A stretch of DNA of 64,000 nt from Octopus vulgaris (Eukaryota): NCBI GenBank assembly GCA_951406725.2, contig OX597818.1, positions 95,046,001 through 95,110,000 on the forward strand, written 5' to 3'. How positions within the stretch are numbered: the stretch's first letter is position 1; every line of letters begins with the position of its first letter. The notes beneath the pieces were generated by a model that saw only the letters and a list, made by a program, of their open reading frames with translations, was not told the DNA's origin and did no database searches. Below are positions 62,108 to 64,000 of this stretch, piece by piece. Both the position numbers and the translations under genes were made by a program.

Positions 62108-64000
62108 ATATATTTCTGCCTTTATGTAATATATATATATGCATACACACACCCAGTGAATAAGATTATACTATATATATATATATATATAGTATCAGTT
62201 TGTCCAAATAAGTTACATAAGTTACAAATAAAAGCATACTGAATATAAGTAATAGACCAGGTATATTTTTCATTATCATCAAACAGTATATTACTGATTA
62301 CAGCATATGGTTGGTCAGAATGTTATTGTTGTTATTTGTGCCATATATTATCACTAAACAATATTCTTTGTAATGTAGATATTGCTTGAGAATACATACA
62401 TACATATTTATAGTAGCAGGGAAGACCCATCAACAACAGTGGGTAAAGAAGTATGCTTGAAGTATTTTAGAAACAAAATAGTAAAATGCTGACAAGGAAA
62501 TATTTCACAGAAAATTCATCAGAACCAATATCTTTGATAGTAATTAACCATTTTGTTGTCATGTTTTGGTTTTAATTATTTTTTAAAATAGGAATTTAGT
62601 TAAGTGGTTGTCATAATTAAAGCACTGGATAAAATGCCTAGTGACATTTCATTGACCTCATTACATTCTGAGGTCAAATTGCCTAGGTCAGCTTTGCTTT
62701 TCATCCTTTTAGGGTTGATAAAATAAGTACCAGTTGGACAGTGGGGTCAATGTAATTGACTAATCCCCTGTCCATACAATAGCTAGAGCCATGCCAAAAT
62801 TTGAAACCATTATTAATCTGTGTTTGAAAGATAAATTTTGATGGAAGGTTTTAATTTAAGGTCACTTTTAAACAGAAAGTTTGTGTCCTAAAACAAGAGG
62901 TGGGTTTGTATCAAAAGAGTTAAAGTTATATAAGGTCAGTTAATGTATTTTAAAATTCTTTGATTCCTTCTTTTAAAAAAAGATACCAAGAAAGTACTTT
63001 CTTCCTTGAATCCTTTTAGCTTGACACTTTTAAATTGTAACAATTCTTTGCTCTTGTACATACAATGTAATTTTTGTCCATGCCTAAATACTAGCTCTAA
63101 CAACACATTAGCTAATGTCCTCCTAGATACACTATGAAAAAAAAAGACAGAATGATTATTATTCAAGTGTCTTCTACTTTAGGCCTGCTCAGTTAGGGGT
63201 AGCATGGTGCTAAGCAACAACTAATGTTCCCTCTAACAAAGTTTTTTTCTCAAACTTCATTCAATGACTGCAATTGACTCTTTCAGTAATTTCAAATGTG
63301 AGACTTCTTTGAAATTGCTAGACTTTTCAGTTGAGTTGATCTAAAATACTTCTGAAAATTTGATTTTCTCCATTAGTACATCTGGTAGTGTCTGCTTCAT
63401 CAATGAAATTGTTTTGTAGTACTTTCACACCTTGTTTTCTTTCATTCCACAACACTCTTTTGAAACTAAGTTTCTTAAGACTTTATCAAATAAATGTACA
63501 CACTTTGAATTTCATTGTGTTACATTCCTAATGTATAAGCCCTGTTAATCCCCATTAGTATAGTCAATTATATTTAACTCTTATACTATATTATTAGGGC
63601 CTATAATTAAATTTACATTTTGTGACATTTAAATATATATATGTGAGTTTGTATTTCACCAATTGTAAACAGACAGTATCATTTGCTTGCAATCCACTGC
63701 AAAATCACATCTGGGGTTGATGTAATAAACTTATCCTCTCCCCTTAAAATTTCTAGCCTTGTGTTAAAATTTGAAATAATTGCTATTATTCAGACAACAA
63801 ACTGGCAAAATTGTTAGCCCATAAGACAAAATGCTTAGCAGCATTACTTTCTGGCTTCATATTCTGAGTTCAGATGCTGCCAATGTTGACTTATTCTTCC
63901 ATCCTTTCTGGGTTGATAAGACCATTGCAGTAATAAGACCATCATGTAATTAAGTAGCCCCTTTCCACCAAAATTTTAGACTTAGTGTCAATAATAGAAA

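Overview
AT-rich, microsatellite- and repeat-dense animal DNA. The SINE, RTE and Penelope repertoire looks like a coleoid cephalopod, most likely Octopus (inference). One host gene can be supported: five phase-compatible + strand exons (48067-60580) encode the C-terminal ~158 aa of a TMEM72-like multi-pass membrane protein. Its first coding exon could not be placed; a candidate promoter with two RFX X-box-like motifs lies near 25.9 kb. The rest is mobile DNA: several tRNA-derived SINE families (many with TSDs, plus dimeric, chimeric and nested copies), RTE and CR1-like LINE remnants, Tc1/mariner, hAT, piggyBac-like and Helitron non-autonomous elements, and Penelope GIY-YIG remnants. The most notable hidden signal is a set of seven hammerhead-ribozyme motifs at six loci in unrelated sequence contexts. 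Several sit in short inverted-repeat elements resembling Penelope pLTRs or retrozymes, one locus is an inverted double hammerhead, and one sense copy lies about 1 kb downstream of the TMEM72-like stop codon. All structures were read by eye; no database search or folding program was run.
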